A stretch of 64,000 bases of DNA from assembly GCA_040386275.1 (NCBI GenBank), contig JAZKFU010000008.1, forward strand, positions 6,853 to 70,852. Reading direction: 5' to 3'. The position numbers and the translations under genes were made by a program. Numbering within the stretch: position 1 is the stretch's first letter; each line of letters begins with the position of its first letter. Origin of the DNA: Patescibacteria group bacterium (GTDB taxonomy: Bacteria > Patescibacteriota > Minisyncoccia > Phycocordibacterales > UBA918). This document shows positions 30,257-39,836 of this stretch, in pieces. Below the pieces are notes generated by a model, which worked only from the letters and a program-made list of their open reading frames with translations, did no database searches and was not told the DNA's origin.

Positions 30257-30724
30257 TTATTGTTGGGTCAAAATTGAAGCTACTTCTTCGGAGTTCACGG
30301 AGATTTTGTAGTAAAATCCTCCGAAGGTAATTGTTTCGATAACAATTTTTTTGTATTGAGCTTTTGCTTGTTTACACAAGAAAGATTTTTTGGTTTCAAA
30401 GGTGCAAGCACTCTCATAATTTTGTTCGATGGTTTCGAACATCAACCTTCCTCGTTTTTTCATACGCACGAGCACATGATTTGTTTGATCAACATATAGT
30501 TGAAATCCCTCCATTTCATCCGGGGTCAGCGGGAGAAAAGAAGGTCGAGAGCTCAAAATCTCATCGCGTCTCTTTGCTGCCATAAGATTAAGCATCTCAA
30601 GCGTTTGCTTGTCATACGCTTGATCAGCAAATGACTTCTCAATAGTTGGTGGCAGGGTGGTATCTGCCATTATATTACTAGCACACAACGCGATGAGCGT
30701 GAGAGTGAGTAGAACACTACGCAT
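30257..30724 (-). CDS. Secreted orphan protein
   Basis: Signal peptide; TTGACC-17-TACTAT, AGGGGG SD, terminator ~30222-30248. Confidence 0.65.
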   Translation of the reverse strand: MRSVLLTLTLIALCASNIMADTTLPPTIEKSFADQAYDKQTLEMLNLMAAKRRDEILSSRPSFLPLTPDEMEGFQLYVDQTNHVLVRMKKRGRLMFETIEQNYESACTFETKKSFLCKQAKAQYKKIVIETITFGGFYYKISVNSEEVASILTQQ

Positions 30725-30867
30725 GATTAGTCCCCCTGGTGTGAAGATCAGTTTCCCTATTTCGTATAGTAGGCGCAGAACCCCAAACGGTCAATGAACA
30801 AAATGTTTAAAACAAAAAATATCGCGCAGTCCCTTGGGATTGCGCGATACGTCTCATTGCCCCATGA

Positions 30868-31146
30868 CTAAGGTGCTTGTTTGCCGTGAATCAGTTGGAC
30901 CAAAATGTCCGCTTGCAGTTGGTAATGTTCTCTTGCCCGTTTACAATCATCCGGCAGTCTACCAAAAATTCTATTTTTGGCTTTCTCATCTTTGTCCAAG
31001 TTAATGCAGGTTTCCACATACTGAGCATACGCATCATGGAACCGCGTCGCTTGTAGATTGATGACCTTTTCGGCTGTACTCATTCCCTGAGCCGCTACTG
31101 GCGAGCACATCATCAGAGCAAACAATACCTGCAAAGTATTCCGCAT
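30868..31146 (-). CDS. Secreted orphan protein
   Basis: Signal peptide; TTGACA-16-TATAGT, GGAAGGA SD, terminator 30820-30849. Confidence 0.65.
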   Translation of the reverse strand: MRNTLQVLFALMMCSPVAAQGMSTAEKVINLQATRFHDAYAQYVETCINLDKDEKAKNRIFGRLPDDCKRAREHYQLQADILVQLIHGKQAP

Positions 31147-31264
31147 CTCATTTCCTTCCGAGGTTAAATCTACCAAAAACTATACTATTAATAAAATAAA
31201 TGTCAATAATTTTAGTTATCTCAAAAATATTGAGAAGTATTGGATTAAATTTTAGTTTCGTCAA

Positions 31265-31332
31265 AAAGTACTTAGATGCAAGGCAGTCAAAGAAAATAAT
31301 GCGAGCCGTACTTCTTGTACAGTGAGAATTTT
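31265..31332 (-). repeat. Family A element, partial copy
   Basis: Reverse complement ctcactgtac-aagaa-gtacggctcgcattattttctttgactgccttgcatct. Confidence 0.7.
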
Positions 31333-31341
31333 TAAATAACC

Positions 31342-31549
31342 TAATTTGTTTCAAAAAGCGTTCAGATACTAGGTGTGAGAAAGTCTGGGAGACTTTCGTA
31401 AGACTCATTGTGGTATTTTGAAAAAATACCCAATGAGTGGATAGTTTCTGTAAGAAAGAAGTAAAATGATGCGAGACGTACTTTTTGTACGTTGAACAGC
31501 ATTTTGCGCACCACAACAACGTAGATGAATGTTTTTTGAAACAAATTTA
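31342..31549 (-). repeat. Family A element carrying a nested family B insert (31375-31456)
   Basis: Terminal IR aatttgtttcaaaaa/tttttgaaacaaatt; A core tcaacgtac-aaaaa-gtacgtctc; B insert gtgagaaagtc..ttctgtaag. Confidence 0.85.
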
Positions 31550-33445
31550 TACGATGCGGTCGGGGTTGATGGTGATGGCTACATACGGCGGCACATGTCG
31601 CAACGTGTCTATCAAATCTTTAGTATCTACACTCGGGTCAAGCCGAAGCAAACAATGCCGTAATTGCTCTTTGGCTTTGGAGTGCGGGTTGGTGTAAAAC
31701 GAGCCGGTAAGATTGTGCATGGCGAGCATCTTTTTAATTACTGCTTCGGTCTCAGTGATAACCGTAGCGTTTCCTTGCCAGGAAAAGAAAATAAACTTGG
31801 CAAACGGTGGATACTTGAGCATTTGTCTGAGGGCAATCTCATCATCATGAAAACGGTCTACTGCAGCGCGAGAGGCGTATATAAGTAAGTCATCGGTCTC
31901 GCTACGCGTTTGAATCATTACTTCGCGACTACTGTGTTCGCGAAGTTCTAAAATCATACGAAATACTGTCTCGTCGGCTCGCCAGGAGGGAATTGCGCGC
32001 ACCGCGTCGAGGGATACAATAGCCGACATACTAATGTTGGTTGGGATATAGGGCATGACCATCTGCGTGCCCAGTAAAATTGCCCCTTTTTGTTTTTCAA
32101 AATCTTTTGTCAGTTGGGTTGCGCGTTTGTGAGTGGTCGCTGTCGTGTGGTCAAAAATAGTGAGGGGAGTTTTGGGAAATACTTTGCGGCACTCATCTTC
32201 AACTTGTTGGATACCAATCCCACGTTCACGCAATCGCCAAGAACCACATTGAGCACACACATCAGCAGCCCGAACTCGTTTGCCTGAGGTGCTTGAGACA
32301 AACCATCGTTCTTCAACGTGTTCTTTGTTTAGGGTACGCAAAAGTGAGTAGGGTGTACCTGAATCAGGACAGCGAAAAATATACCCACAGTCAACACACG
32401 CAACAACTGGTGCGAGGCCGCGCCTCGCAGCAAATAAAAATACATTGTGCCTGCCTTCGAGAGTAGTTTCTATGCGCTTAATCAGTTCCGGCGAAAATAA
32501 TTGAAACGGAATATCGTTTTTAGGTTTATCGGTTTGATTGATGATGGTTAATTTCGCGGGGAGCTCGAGACGAATGGGATGTTCACCAAAAGTCTGGTAG
32601 ATATCATTTCTTCGTTTGTATTCATCTTCAGTAGCGATAAGTGTGTCACCTAAAATAATGCTGCGTTTAGTGATAGCAGCTAAAGTTTTAAGGACGGCAC
32701 GGTGGTCAAGGTGCGGTCGCGTTCGCATTACGTAATGTGGACTGGCGGCATTTTCCATAATGATGGTTGTGCTGTCGGCTCGTTCCAAATAGGCAAAGCT
32801 CGGAGTGGCGATAGTGAGGGTGGCGTGGGTGAGGTCACCAAAGGCCGTGTACGCTCGTTCACGTTCTTTTTTGGTTTGGTGGCTTGAGAAACAAATGACG
32901 CGTTCGCTAATGCCTCGTTCGAGCGCCCGTTTCATTGTATCGACGGCAGTACTTGTTGGTACAACAAGCAGGACTGATCCGCGGTGGGCAAATGCGCTAC
33001 GAATTATAGTTTGGTACTGAATGATACGGTCACCTTCACTAGCACAGAGAATTTGGGGCGTGCTATCTTCGTTGTTTATTTCATTAAGGGGAGTGCTGGG
33101 GTATGGGGCGACTCCTGTGCGGATATCAGGTGGTAAAAGACTAAATAAAATCGCTCCTCGTTTGGAAGGATTTTCAGTATACAGTTTGTCGACGGTAGCG
33201 AGTAAGCTTGGCGCAATTTTTTGGACGTCTTTTTGTTCCGGAAGTTTCCGCAGAGAAAAGGTAGCCGCTTTAAGCGCCGTTTTAGTGGTGGAAACAGCTT
33301 TGCCGTCGACGACAATGCCGCGAATAGTCTTGCCACGTACCGGAATGGCTATAATTGAACCCACATCATAGTTGGTGCTGGAAAAATACGATAAGGACTC
33401 AATTTGGATACCGCGAACGAGAGGAATTACTTCAATAACAAACAT
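31547..33445 (-). CDS. priA: Primosomal protein N' (degenerate helicase motifs)
   Basis: N-terminal 3'BD-like, RRG.A..V.C..CG...C, C..CGS, G.G.Q, YPPF; no GKT or DEEH. Confidence 0.85.
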   Translation of the reverse strand: MFVIEVIPLVRGIQIESLSYFSSTNYDVGSIIAIPVRGKTIRGIVVDGKAVSTTKTALKAATFSLRKLPEQKDVQKIAPSLLATVDKLYTENPSKRGAILFSLLPPDIRTGVAPYPSTPLNEINNEDSTPQILCASEGDRIIQYQTIIRSAFAHRGSVLLVVPTSTAVDTMKRALERGISERVICFSSHQTKKERERAYTAFGDLTHATLTIATPSFAYLERADSTTIIMENAASPHYVMRTRPHLDHRAVLKTLAAITKRSIILGDTLIATEDEYKRRNDIYQTFGEHPIRLELPAKLTIINQTDKPKNDIPFQLFSPELIKRIETTLEGRHNVFLFAARRGLAPVVACVDCGYIFRCPDSGTPYSLLRTLNKEHVEERWFVSSTSGKRVRAADVCAQCGSWRLRERGIGIQQVEDECRKVFPKTPLTIFDHTTATTHKRATQLTKDFEKQKGAILLGTQMVMPYIPTNISMSAIVSLDAVRAIPSWRADETVFRMILELREHSSREVMIQTRSETDDLLIYASRAAVDRFHDDEIALRQMLKYPPFAKFIFFSWQGNATVITETEAVIKKMLAMHNLTGSFYTNPHSKAKEQLRHCLLRLDPSVDTKDLIDTLRHVPPYVAITINPDRIV

Positions 33446-33587
33446 TATGATCAGTATAGCATTTTTGCCATTTAATTTTTTTGGTATTATTGGTAGATAT
33501 TCAAAGTGAAATATTGACGTACTTGGGTGTAATATTTTATAATAAAACAGTGATCAGTTGAGCATATCCAGGGAAAAGGAGTACATA

Positions 33588-33992
33588 ATGCCCTTAGCGT
33601 CACGTCTTGTCAGCAATCGCAATCAAGTTGCAGTTGGAGAAATCCTGATTGCTGTTGAAGCCAATAACTACCAATTATCTGTTACTACCCTATTGGTTTC
33701 AAAAATTCCGTCCATATACGATTTTAACGGCCCATACTTTTTTTGTAGCTTAAATAAACATTATAAGTTTATTGACTACAATCTTCCTCCGAATAACTAT
33801 AATCAGAATTCCTTGTGGCGTTTTTCATTACCTATATGGCGAAACTTACAAGATTTACAGATGCGAGGAGAGTCGGGGTACCAACTATACCTCCGCGCGC
33901 TCACTGATTGTCGGCAGGGACGCATACCAATAATGTCTGAAGAAACTGAACAAAACCCCACTGATAAGATGCTGTCCGGGGTAGATGCTTAA
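33588..33992 (+). CDS. Orphan hypothetical protein
   Basis: TTGACG-18-TATAAT, AAGGAG SD before ATG 33588, terminator 33993-34032. Confidence 0.6.
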   Translation: MPLASRLVSNRNQVAVGEILIAVEANNYQLSVTTLLVSKIPSIYDFNGPYFFCSLNKHYKFIDYNLPPNNYNQNSLWRFSLPIWRNLQDLQMRGESGYQLYLRALTDCRQGRIPIMSEETEQNPTDKMLSGVDA

Positions 33993-34031
33993 ATAAAAAA
34001 CGGACATCGTCACTGATGTCCGTTATTTTAT

Positions 34032-35531
34032 TTAAAATTCGTCTAGATATTTTATATCCGCTCCTAAGGAAGCGAGGCGGGCTACTAGATTTTCATAACC
34101 CCGATTGATACTGTAGATGTTACGCAAGACCGAGCGACCAGAACCACCAAGCATCGCGATGAGAAGAATTGTTGCAGGACGCAGAGCGGGCGGACAGATA
34201 AGCTCGGCTGATTTAAGTGGGGTCGGGCCCGTAATGTAAATACGGTGCGGGTCCGCCAAGACCGTGTCCGCTCCAAGTTTCTCGAGTTCAGTAAAATAGA
34301 TGGCTCGCTTTTCATACATCCAATCGTGAATCAGGGTTTGGCCCGAGGCTTGAGTAGCAATCACCGCAAAGAAGGGGAGGTTGTCTGCGTTGAGTCCCGG
34401 GTACGGGCGAGAGTGAACTTTTTCTGGTGAAGCTACTAATTTGCTTGGTTTGATTTTTAGGTCCACCAACTTGGTGTATCCATTTACTGCCAAGTACGGT
34501 TTGGAGGTTGAGTATTGCAAGCCCATTTTTTCCAGCACCAACAGTTCTAGTTCTAAAAACTCAATCGGTGCGCGAGTTATGGTGACTGCTGAGTTAGTTA
34601 CAATCGCTGCTGCGATAAAGAACATACTATCGGTTGGATCTTCTGCTAAGGTGTATTCAATATCTGTATGGATGTCGGCCACCCCGGTGACAGTTAAGGT
34701 GGTAGTCCCAATACCTTCAATCTGTACGCCAAATAGTTTAAGAAAGACACAAATTTCTTGCACCATGTAGTTAGCACTCGCATATTTAATCACCGTTGTG
34801 CCTTCATGTAAGGCTGCGGCAAATAAAACATTTTCCGTAACCGTGTCACCTGATTCATAAAGAATAATTTCAGTCGGTTTTTTTACGTCAGTTGTGACTT
34901 TAAATTCTTTTTCGGTTGTCTCGATGTGCACGCCATAATGTTCAAGCGCGTAAAAATGAGGACGAACGGTCCGACTACCCAATTTACATCCACCAGACTG
35001 TGGGAGACTAAATGAAGACATCTTGTGAATCAGTGCGCCGATGAACATGACGATGCTGCGGGTTTTTCGCGCGGCTTCAACATCAATTTTTTTGAGGTCA
35101 AACTTTTTTGGGGGTGTAATGGTGATGGTGCTACCGGTCCAGACTATGTGCATCCCGATACTTTGCAGTACCTCGATGATTCGGTGTACTTCTTCTATGC
35201 GGGGCATACGATGGAGGGTAGTCACGCCACGGTTTAATAACGAAGCACACAATAGGCCGACAGCGCCGTTTTTACTGGTATTGGTTTCAATGGTACCGGA
35301 GAGTTTTTTGCGTCCGTTAATTTCAACGTTCACCGTGCCAGGTGAAAGGGTAATTAGATTTTTACCTAACGCTACACCAATTTTTTTTAACATCTCAGCA
35401 CTGATATTTTGTGTGCCTGATTCTAAACGAGCGACGGCACTTTGGGTGGTTTTTAATTTTTTAGCCAGTTGGGTTTGCGTAAGGCCGACGGATTCTCTTA
35501 AATCTGCAATTCGATTTCCAATATTTTCCAT
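34032..35531 (-). CDS. murA: XRE-HTH fused UDP-N-acetylglucosamine 1-carboxyvinyltransferase
   Basis: N-terminal LTQ.QLA..L.TTQS.VARLE; SKN, GGCKLG.R, RGYE. Confidence 0.95.
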   Translation of the reverse strand: MENIGNRIADLRESVGLTQTQLAKKLKTTQSAVARLESGTQNISAEMLKKIGVALGKNLITLSPGTVNVEINGRKKLSGTIETNTSKNGAVGLLCASLLNRGVTTLHRMPRIEEVHRIIEVLQSIGMHIVWTGSTITITPPKKFDLKKIDVEAARKTRSIVMFIGALIHKMSSFSLPQSGGCKLGSRTVRPHFYALEHYGVHIETTEKEFKVTTDVKKPTEIILYESGDTVTENVLFAAALHEGTTVIKYASANYMVQEICVFLKLFGVQIEGIGTTTLTVTGVADIHTDIEYTLAEDPTDSMFFIAAAIVTNSAVTITRAPIEFLELELLVLEKMGLQYSTSKPYLAVNGYTKLVDLKIKPSKLVASPEKVHSRPYPGLNADNLPFFAVIATQASGQTLIHDWMYEKRAIYFTELEKLGADTVLADPHRIYITGPTPLKSAELICPPALRPATILLIAMLGGSGRSVLRNIYSINRGYENLVARLASLGADIKYLDEF

Positions 35532-35538
35532 AGTTCTC

Positions 35539-35579
35539 AAAATATAGCATATCTGCTATATAGCATCAAAATATAACAT
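35539..35579. promoter_or_regulatory. Putative operator palindromes upstream of HTH-murA
   Basis: ATATAGCA-tatc-TGCTATAT plus overlapping TGCTATATAGCA. Confidence 0.5.
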
Positions 35580-35618
35580 GGTGGAAAAGTAGCGGGGATG
35601 ATACACTAGGTACCTTAT

Positions 35619-36632
35619 ATGTTCGAGAGATTTACTCCAAAAATTGGTATCGATTTGGGAACTACCAATGTTTTAGTGTTTGTACCTGGTCAGGGGATTG
35701 TATTAAATGAACCATCGGTCGTGGCCGTAGGAGAAAATAATCAAGTTCTGGCGGTAGGAGTTGAAGCTAAGCGTATGATTGGGAGAACACCTGAGAGTAT
35801 TAAGGCCTACAGGCCAATGAAAGACGGTGTCATCGCTGACTATCGCGTGACGGAGGCGATGTTACGGTACTTTTTGCAAAAGGCCCTCAGTAAATACAAT
35901 ATCTTTAAACCAGATGTGATGGTATCGGTTCCCGCGGGAGTAACATCAACAGAAAGACGAGCGGTAGTTGAGGCCACGATTAAAGCTGGTGCTCGTAATG
36001 CGTACGTGGTGAAAGAACCTATCCTCGCAGCGATTGGTGCGGGTGTACCGATTTATGAGCCCCAAGGGCACATGATTGTTGATATTGGTGGTGGAACGAT
36101 TGACGTGGCGGTGATTTCGCTTGGAGGGATTGTAGCTGCTAACTCGGTGAAGTGTGCGGGGAATCGGATTGATGCAGCGATTATTAACTTTGTGAAAAAA
36201 ACGCGGAACCTATCAATTGGTGAAAAAACTGCTGAAGAAGTAAAAATTAAGGTTGGTTCGGCGTTACCCTTGGAAGAAGAGCTCGTGATGGAACTAAAAG
36301 GACGAGATGTGTTTACGGGACTTCCGCGAACTACCGAAATTAAAACCAATGAAGTTGTGCGGGCAATCGCCGTTGAATTACGCGAAATGATTAAAGCGAT
36401 TAAAGATGTGTTTCAAGATACGCCACCCGAGTTAGCTTCAGATATTATTGATGGCGGAATTATTATGACTGGTGGGACTTCTCAATTACGAAATTTTCCA
36501 GAATTAGTAAAACGCAGGACAGGAGTGAAAGCGCAGTTGGCGGATCAGGCGTTGTTTTGTGTGGTGAAAGGGACTGGCGTGGCTCTGGAGCATTTAACTA
36601 CCTACAAGCGAGCTATTTTGACTAAAAGGTAG
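35619..36632 (+). CDS. mreB: Rod shape-determining protein MreB/Mbl
   Basis: IDLGT.N, EPSVVA, DIGGGT. Confidence 0.97.
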   Translation: MFERFTPKIGIDLGTTNVLVFVPGQGIVLNEPSVVAVGENNQVLAVGVEAKRMIGRTPESIKAYRPMKDGVIADYRVTEAMLRYFLQKALSKYNIFKPDVMVSVPAGVTSTERRAVVEATIKAGARNAYVVKEPILAAIGAGVPIYEPQGHMIVDIGGGTIDVAVISLGGIVAANSVKCAGNRIDAAIINFVKKTRNLSIGEKTAEEVKIKVGSALPLEEELVMELKGRDVFTGLPRTTEIKTNEVVRAIAVELREMIKAIKDVFQDTPPELASDIIDGGIIMTGGTSQLRNFPELVKRRTGVKAQLADQALFCVVKGTGVALEHLTTYKRAILTKR

Positions 36633-36760
36633 AGTCGGTCGTGCATTTCACTGCATCTACGTCGTCAGCCTACGCAACACTGCGCTCACCGTATAAAAAT
36701 ACGGCTCTCTTGCGTTACTTGTCTTCCTAGTATCTACAGCAAACTGCCCAACCGTTTCAT
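36630..36760 (+). repeat. Family A element, followed by decayed fragments to ~36992
   Basis: catctacgtcgt / ctcaccgtat-aaaa-atacggctc / cctagtatct; right arm repeated at 36953-36992. Confidence 0.75.
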
Positions 36761-37061
36761 TACTTTACATTCGACTCGCACCATTTCGTTTGAGCGCCTA
36801 GCCCCTACTGCAAAATAACCTCTTCTCTATAGGTTGATGAATATTTAAAGTACGGCTCACGCGTTCGTTCGGTCGCGCCTAGCATCTACCATAAATTAAG
36901 CAGTCCTCGGATTTTTAAATCACATATTAGCTTTAAGTGTAGAGATAAGTAAGGCTCCCTTGCGTTACTTGTCTTTCTCGTATCTACAGCAATGGGTGTG
37001 CAGAGACTGCCGGTTATTATAGAAGTGGTGCGGTACACTATGGGTATACTTTGTACCTACA

Positions 37062-39830
37062 ATGTTCGAGCGTTCATCAAAACAATTTGCGTCGCCAGAG
37101 GAGGAAGTGCAATATTTGCGCGAGCGGATTGCGGTGCGCGAACGAGAAATATTAGGACGGACAACGGAAGTTGATCACGCTGATTACGAAACCATTGCCA
37201 AACAAGAGTTACACGACTATGGCATGTTTACACCCAAGGTTATTCTAAATCCCGACCACGCGTTAACTGATCATGAAGTGGCGTCTCATAAAGAAGCACT
37301 CATCACCAGTCGGGACCCGGCTGAACAAATCGTGCAAGTTGCCTTTGAAAAGGGAATTCGCAATGCGCTAACGCTTTTGGAAAAAGTATCCAACCCCTTT
37401 GTGATTGATGAAGTGCATCGGCAATTAATTGAACACATAAAACAAGGGCAAACGGTCCAAGATATGAAAGAAGGGGTACCACCCTGGGGCATATTACACA
37501 TGACGCTGTTTGAAGTGACCTTGCCCGAACTTAAGGGAGTGAATGATAAAGAGTATCAACTAGCTGATTTGGTGGGGATGATGGAGCAGTTGTTTGCGGG
37601 TATGCGCAGTATTGCACATACCGATACCCGTAATACTTTTGTGTTTGAAATTGCGGTGGCTGACAATAGTGATGACATTATTTTTTATACCGCGGTACCA
37701 ACGCAGTTCGTTACCTTGTTTGAAAAACAAACTTTGTCCCTATTCCCGCATGCCGTAATTATCGAACAGCTCCATGACTACAATATTTTTGTACCTAATG
37801 GTACGAGTATTATTGCTGATGTCACCTTAGAGAAACATCCCATTTATCCATTACGCAGTTACGATCAATTTAGTGCTGATCCACTCAATGTAATTTTAAA
37901 TGCTTTTTCAAAAATCGAACGCGAAGGAGGAGGTGCGGCGATGCAATTTATTGTCCGGTATCCAAAAAACGATTACCGTAAAACGTATTCCGAAATATTA
38001 AAGAAAGTGCAAAAAGGCACCAAGCCAAAAGAAGCCATTGCGCGCAGTACGATTGGTGGCGAAATCGGAGCGTCGGTTTCTGAGTTGTTTTTCTCTAAAC
38101 CAAAAAAAGAAGGGGAGTATGAACCACCAAAGGAAGTAGATACTGAAGCGGTAGAATTATTCTCTAAAAAAATTACGAGTCAGATAGTCGAAACTAATAT
38201 TCGGATTGCGGTTTCAGCTACCGTGCCTCACCGAGCTGGTCAAATCATGTCTGAGCTTGCCGCCACCCTGCATCAATTTGCGACGGTTGATAGTAACCAG
38301 TTTGTCATTACTGAACGAAAGGGAACTGCTCTTAAGGTAGCCGAGAAAGCATTTTCATTCCGAGAATTTAATCCTAAAGTCACCATTCCGTTGTCCTTGA
38401 CTGAATTATCTACCATCATGCACTTTACGGGTAATGGTATCTCAACGTCGCCACAATTTAAACAATCAGGCGCCCTGACCGCAGCTGCACCAACTGAAAC
38501 TCCGACCGAGGGGACTCTGCTTGGGATAAACAAACACCGCAACTTGGAGAAGAAAATATTTATGACCGAGAAGGACCGCATGCGCCATTTCTACGTCATT
38601 GGGCAAACCGGTACCGGTAAGTCAGTGTTTTTGAAAAACCTCATTACACAGGATATTTTGCGCGGGGACGGAGTCTGTATGATTGATCCGCACGGGACTG
38701 ATATCGTTGATATATTAGGAGCAATTCCACCGGAACGAGAAAAGGATGTGATTTATTTTGATCCCTCTAATTTGGATATGCCAATTGGGCTTAACATGTT
38801 GGAGTACGACCAAAACAAGCCCGAGCAAAAGACGTTTGTGGTTAATGAGTTGTTTTCAATTTTCCAAAAGTTATACGGTGGCAACCCAGAATCAATGGGT
38901 CCAATGTTTGAACAGTATTTCCGAAATGCGACGTTACTCGTGATGGAAGATCCCGATTCAGGAAATACCTTAATGGATATTTCGCGCGTAATGGCAGACG
39001 CCAAGTACCGTCGAATGAAATTAGAGAAAGCCAAAAATCCAGTGGTGGTGCAATTTTGGCGTGAGATTGCAACCAAAGCCGGTGGGGAGGCATCGCTCGA
39101 AAACATTGTGCCGTACATCGTATCTAAATTTGATGTGTTTACCGCCAACGATTACATGCGTCCAATTATTGGCCAGCAAAAATCAGCGTTTAATTTCCGT
39201 GAAATCATGGATGAGAAAAAAATTCTTCTCGTGAATCTTTCTAAAGGACGATTGGGTGAGATTAACGCTAACTTAATTGGGATGATAATTGTCGGCAAGC
39301 TGTTGATGGCGGCGTTGTCTCGCGTAGATAATGAAGCGATGGATTTCCCACCGTTTTATTTACACATTGATGAGTTCCAAAACGTATCAACACCGTCAAT
39401 TGCCTCAATTTTGTCTGAAGCGCGCAAGTACAAATTAAGTCTCACCATGGCCCATCAGTTTATTGCTCAGCTTGATACTGATATTAAAGATGCGGTGTTT
39501 GGTAACGTAGGCTCTATAGCGTCATTCCGAATTGGTTCAGATGACGCGCAGTTTTTAGAGAGTCAATTTGCTCCCGTATTCCAAGCATCAGATTTAATGC
39601 AGGTACCTAATTACAACGCGATGATTAAAATGCTCGCTAATGGTACGCCAACTAAACCGTTTAGTTTAGCCACGATGCCACCGTTTACCGCCAATAGTAG
39701 TAAGGTGGCCGAACTTAAATCTCGTTCAGCACAACGGTATGGACGCCCGAGAGCCGAAGTAGAAGCTGAAATTGACGCTCGCTATGTGAAAGAGCCACTG
39801 TTGCCACCACCACTTAGTGGTATGATGTAG
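37062..39830 (+). CDS. VirD4/TraG/HerA-like secretion or DNA-translocation ATPase
   Basis: R.RH.YVIGQTGTGKS, IDPHG, LHIDEFQN, SEARKY.L.L..AHQ. Confidence 0.88.
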   Translation: MFERSSKQFASPEEEVQYLRERIAVREREILGRTTEVDHADYETIAKQELHDYGMFTPKVILNPDHALTDHEVASHKEALITSRDPAEQIVQVAFEKGIRNALTLLEKVSNPFVIDEVHRQLIEHIKQGQTVQDMKEGVPPWGILHMTLFEVTLPELKGVNDKEYQLADLVGMMEQLFAGMRSIAHTDTRNTFVFEIAVADNSDDIIFYTAVPTQFVTLFEKQTLSLFPHAVIIEQLHDYNIFVPNGTSIIADVTLEKHPIYPLRSYDQFSADPLNVILNAFSKIEREGGGAAMQFIVRYPKNDYRKTYSEILKKVQKGTKPKEAIARSTIGGEIGASVSELFFSKPKKEGEYEPPKEVDTEAVELFSKKITSQIVETNIRIAVSATVPHRAGQIMSELAATLHQFATVDSNQFVITERKGTALKVAEKAFSFREFNPKVTIPLSLTELSTIMHFTGNGISTSPQFKQSGALTAAAPTETPTEGTLLGINKHRNLEKKIFMTEKDRMRHFYVIGQTGTGKSVFLKNLITQDILRGDGVCMIDPHGTDIVDILGAIPPEREKDVIYFDPSNLDMPIGLNMLEYDQNKPEQKTFVVNELFSIFQKLYGGNPESMGPMFEQYFRNATLLVMEDPDSGNTLMDISRVMADAKYRRMKLEKAKNPVVVQFWREIATKAGGEASLENIVPYIVSKFDVFTANDYMRPIIGQQKSAFNFREIMDEKKILLVNLSKGRLGEINANLIGMIIVGKLLMAALSRVDNEAMDFPPFYLHIDEFQNVSTPSIASILSEARKYKLSLTMAHQFIAQLDTDIKDAVFGNVGSIASFRIGSDDAQFLESQFAPVFQASDLMQVPNYNAMIKMLANGTPTKPFSLATMPPFTANSSKVAELKSRSAQRYGRPRAEVEAEIDARYVKEPLLPPPLSGMM

Positions 39831-39836
39831 GTATTT

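Noticed and set aside
31148-31544. ORFs 31148-31519 and 31362-31544 (also 25596-25826, 53083-53277, 59004-59192)
   Set aside because: They run through palindromic repeat elements; likely spurious.
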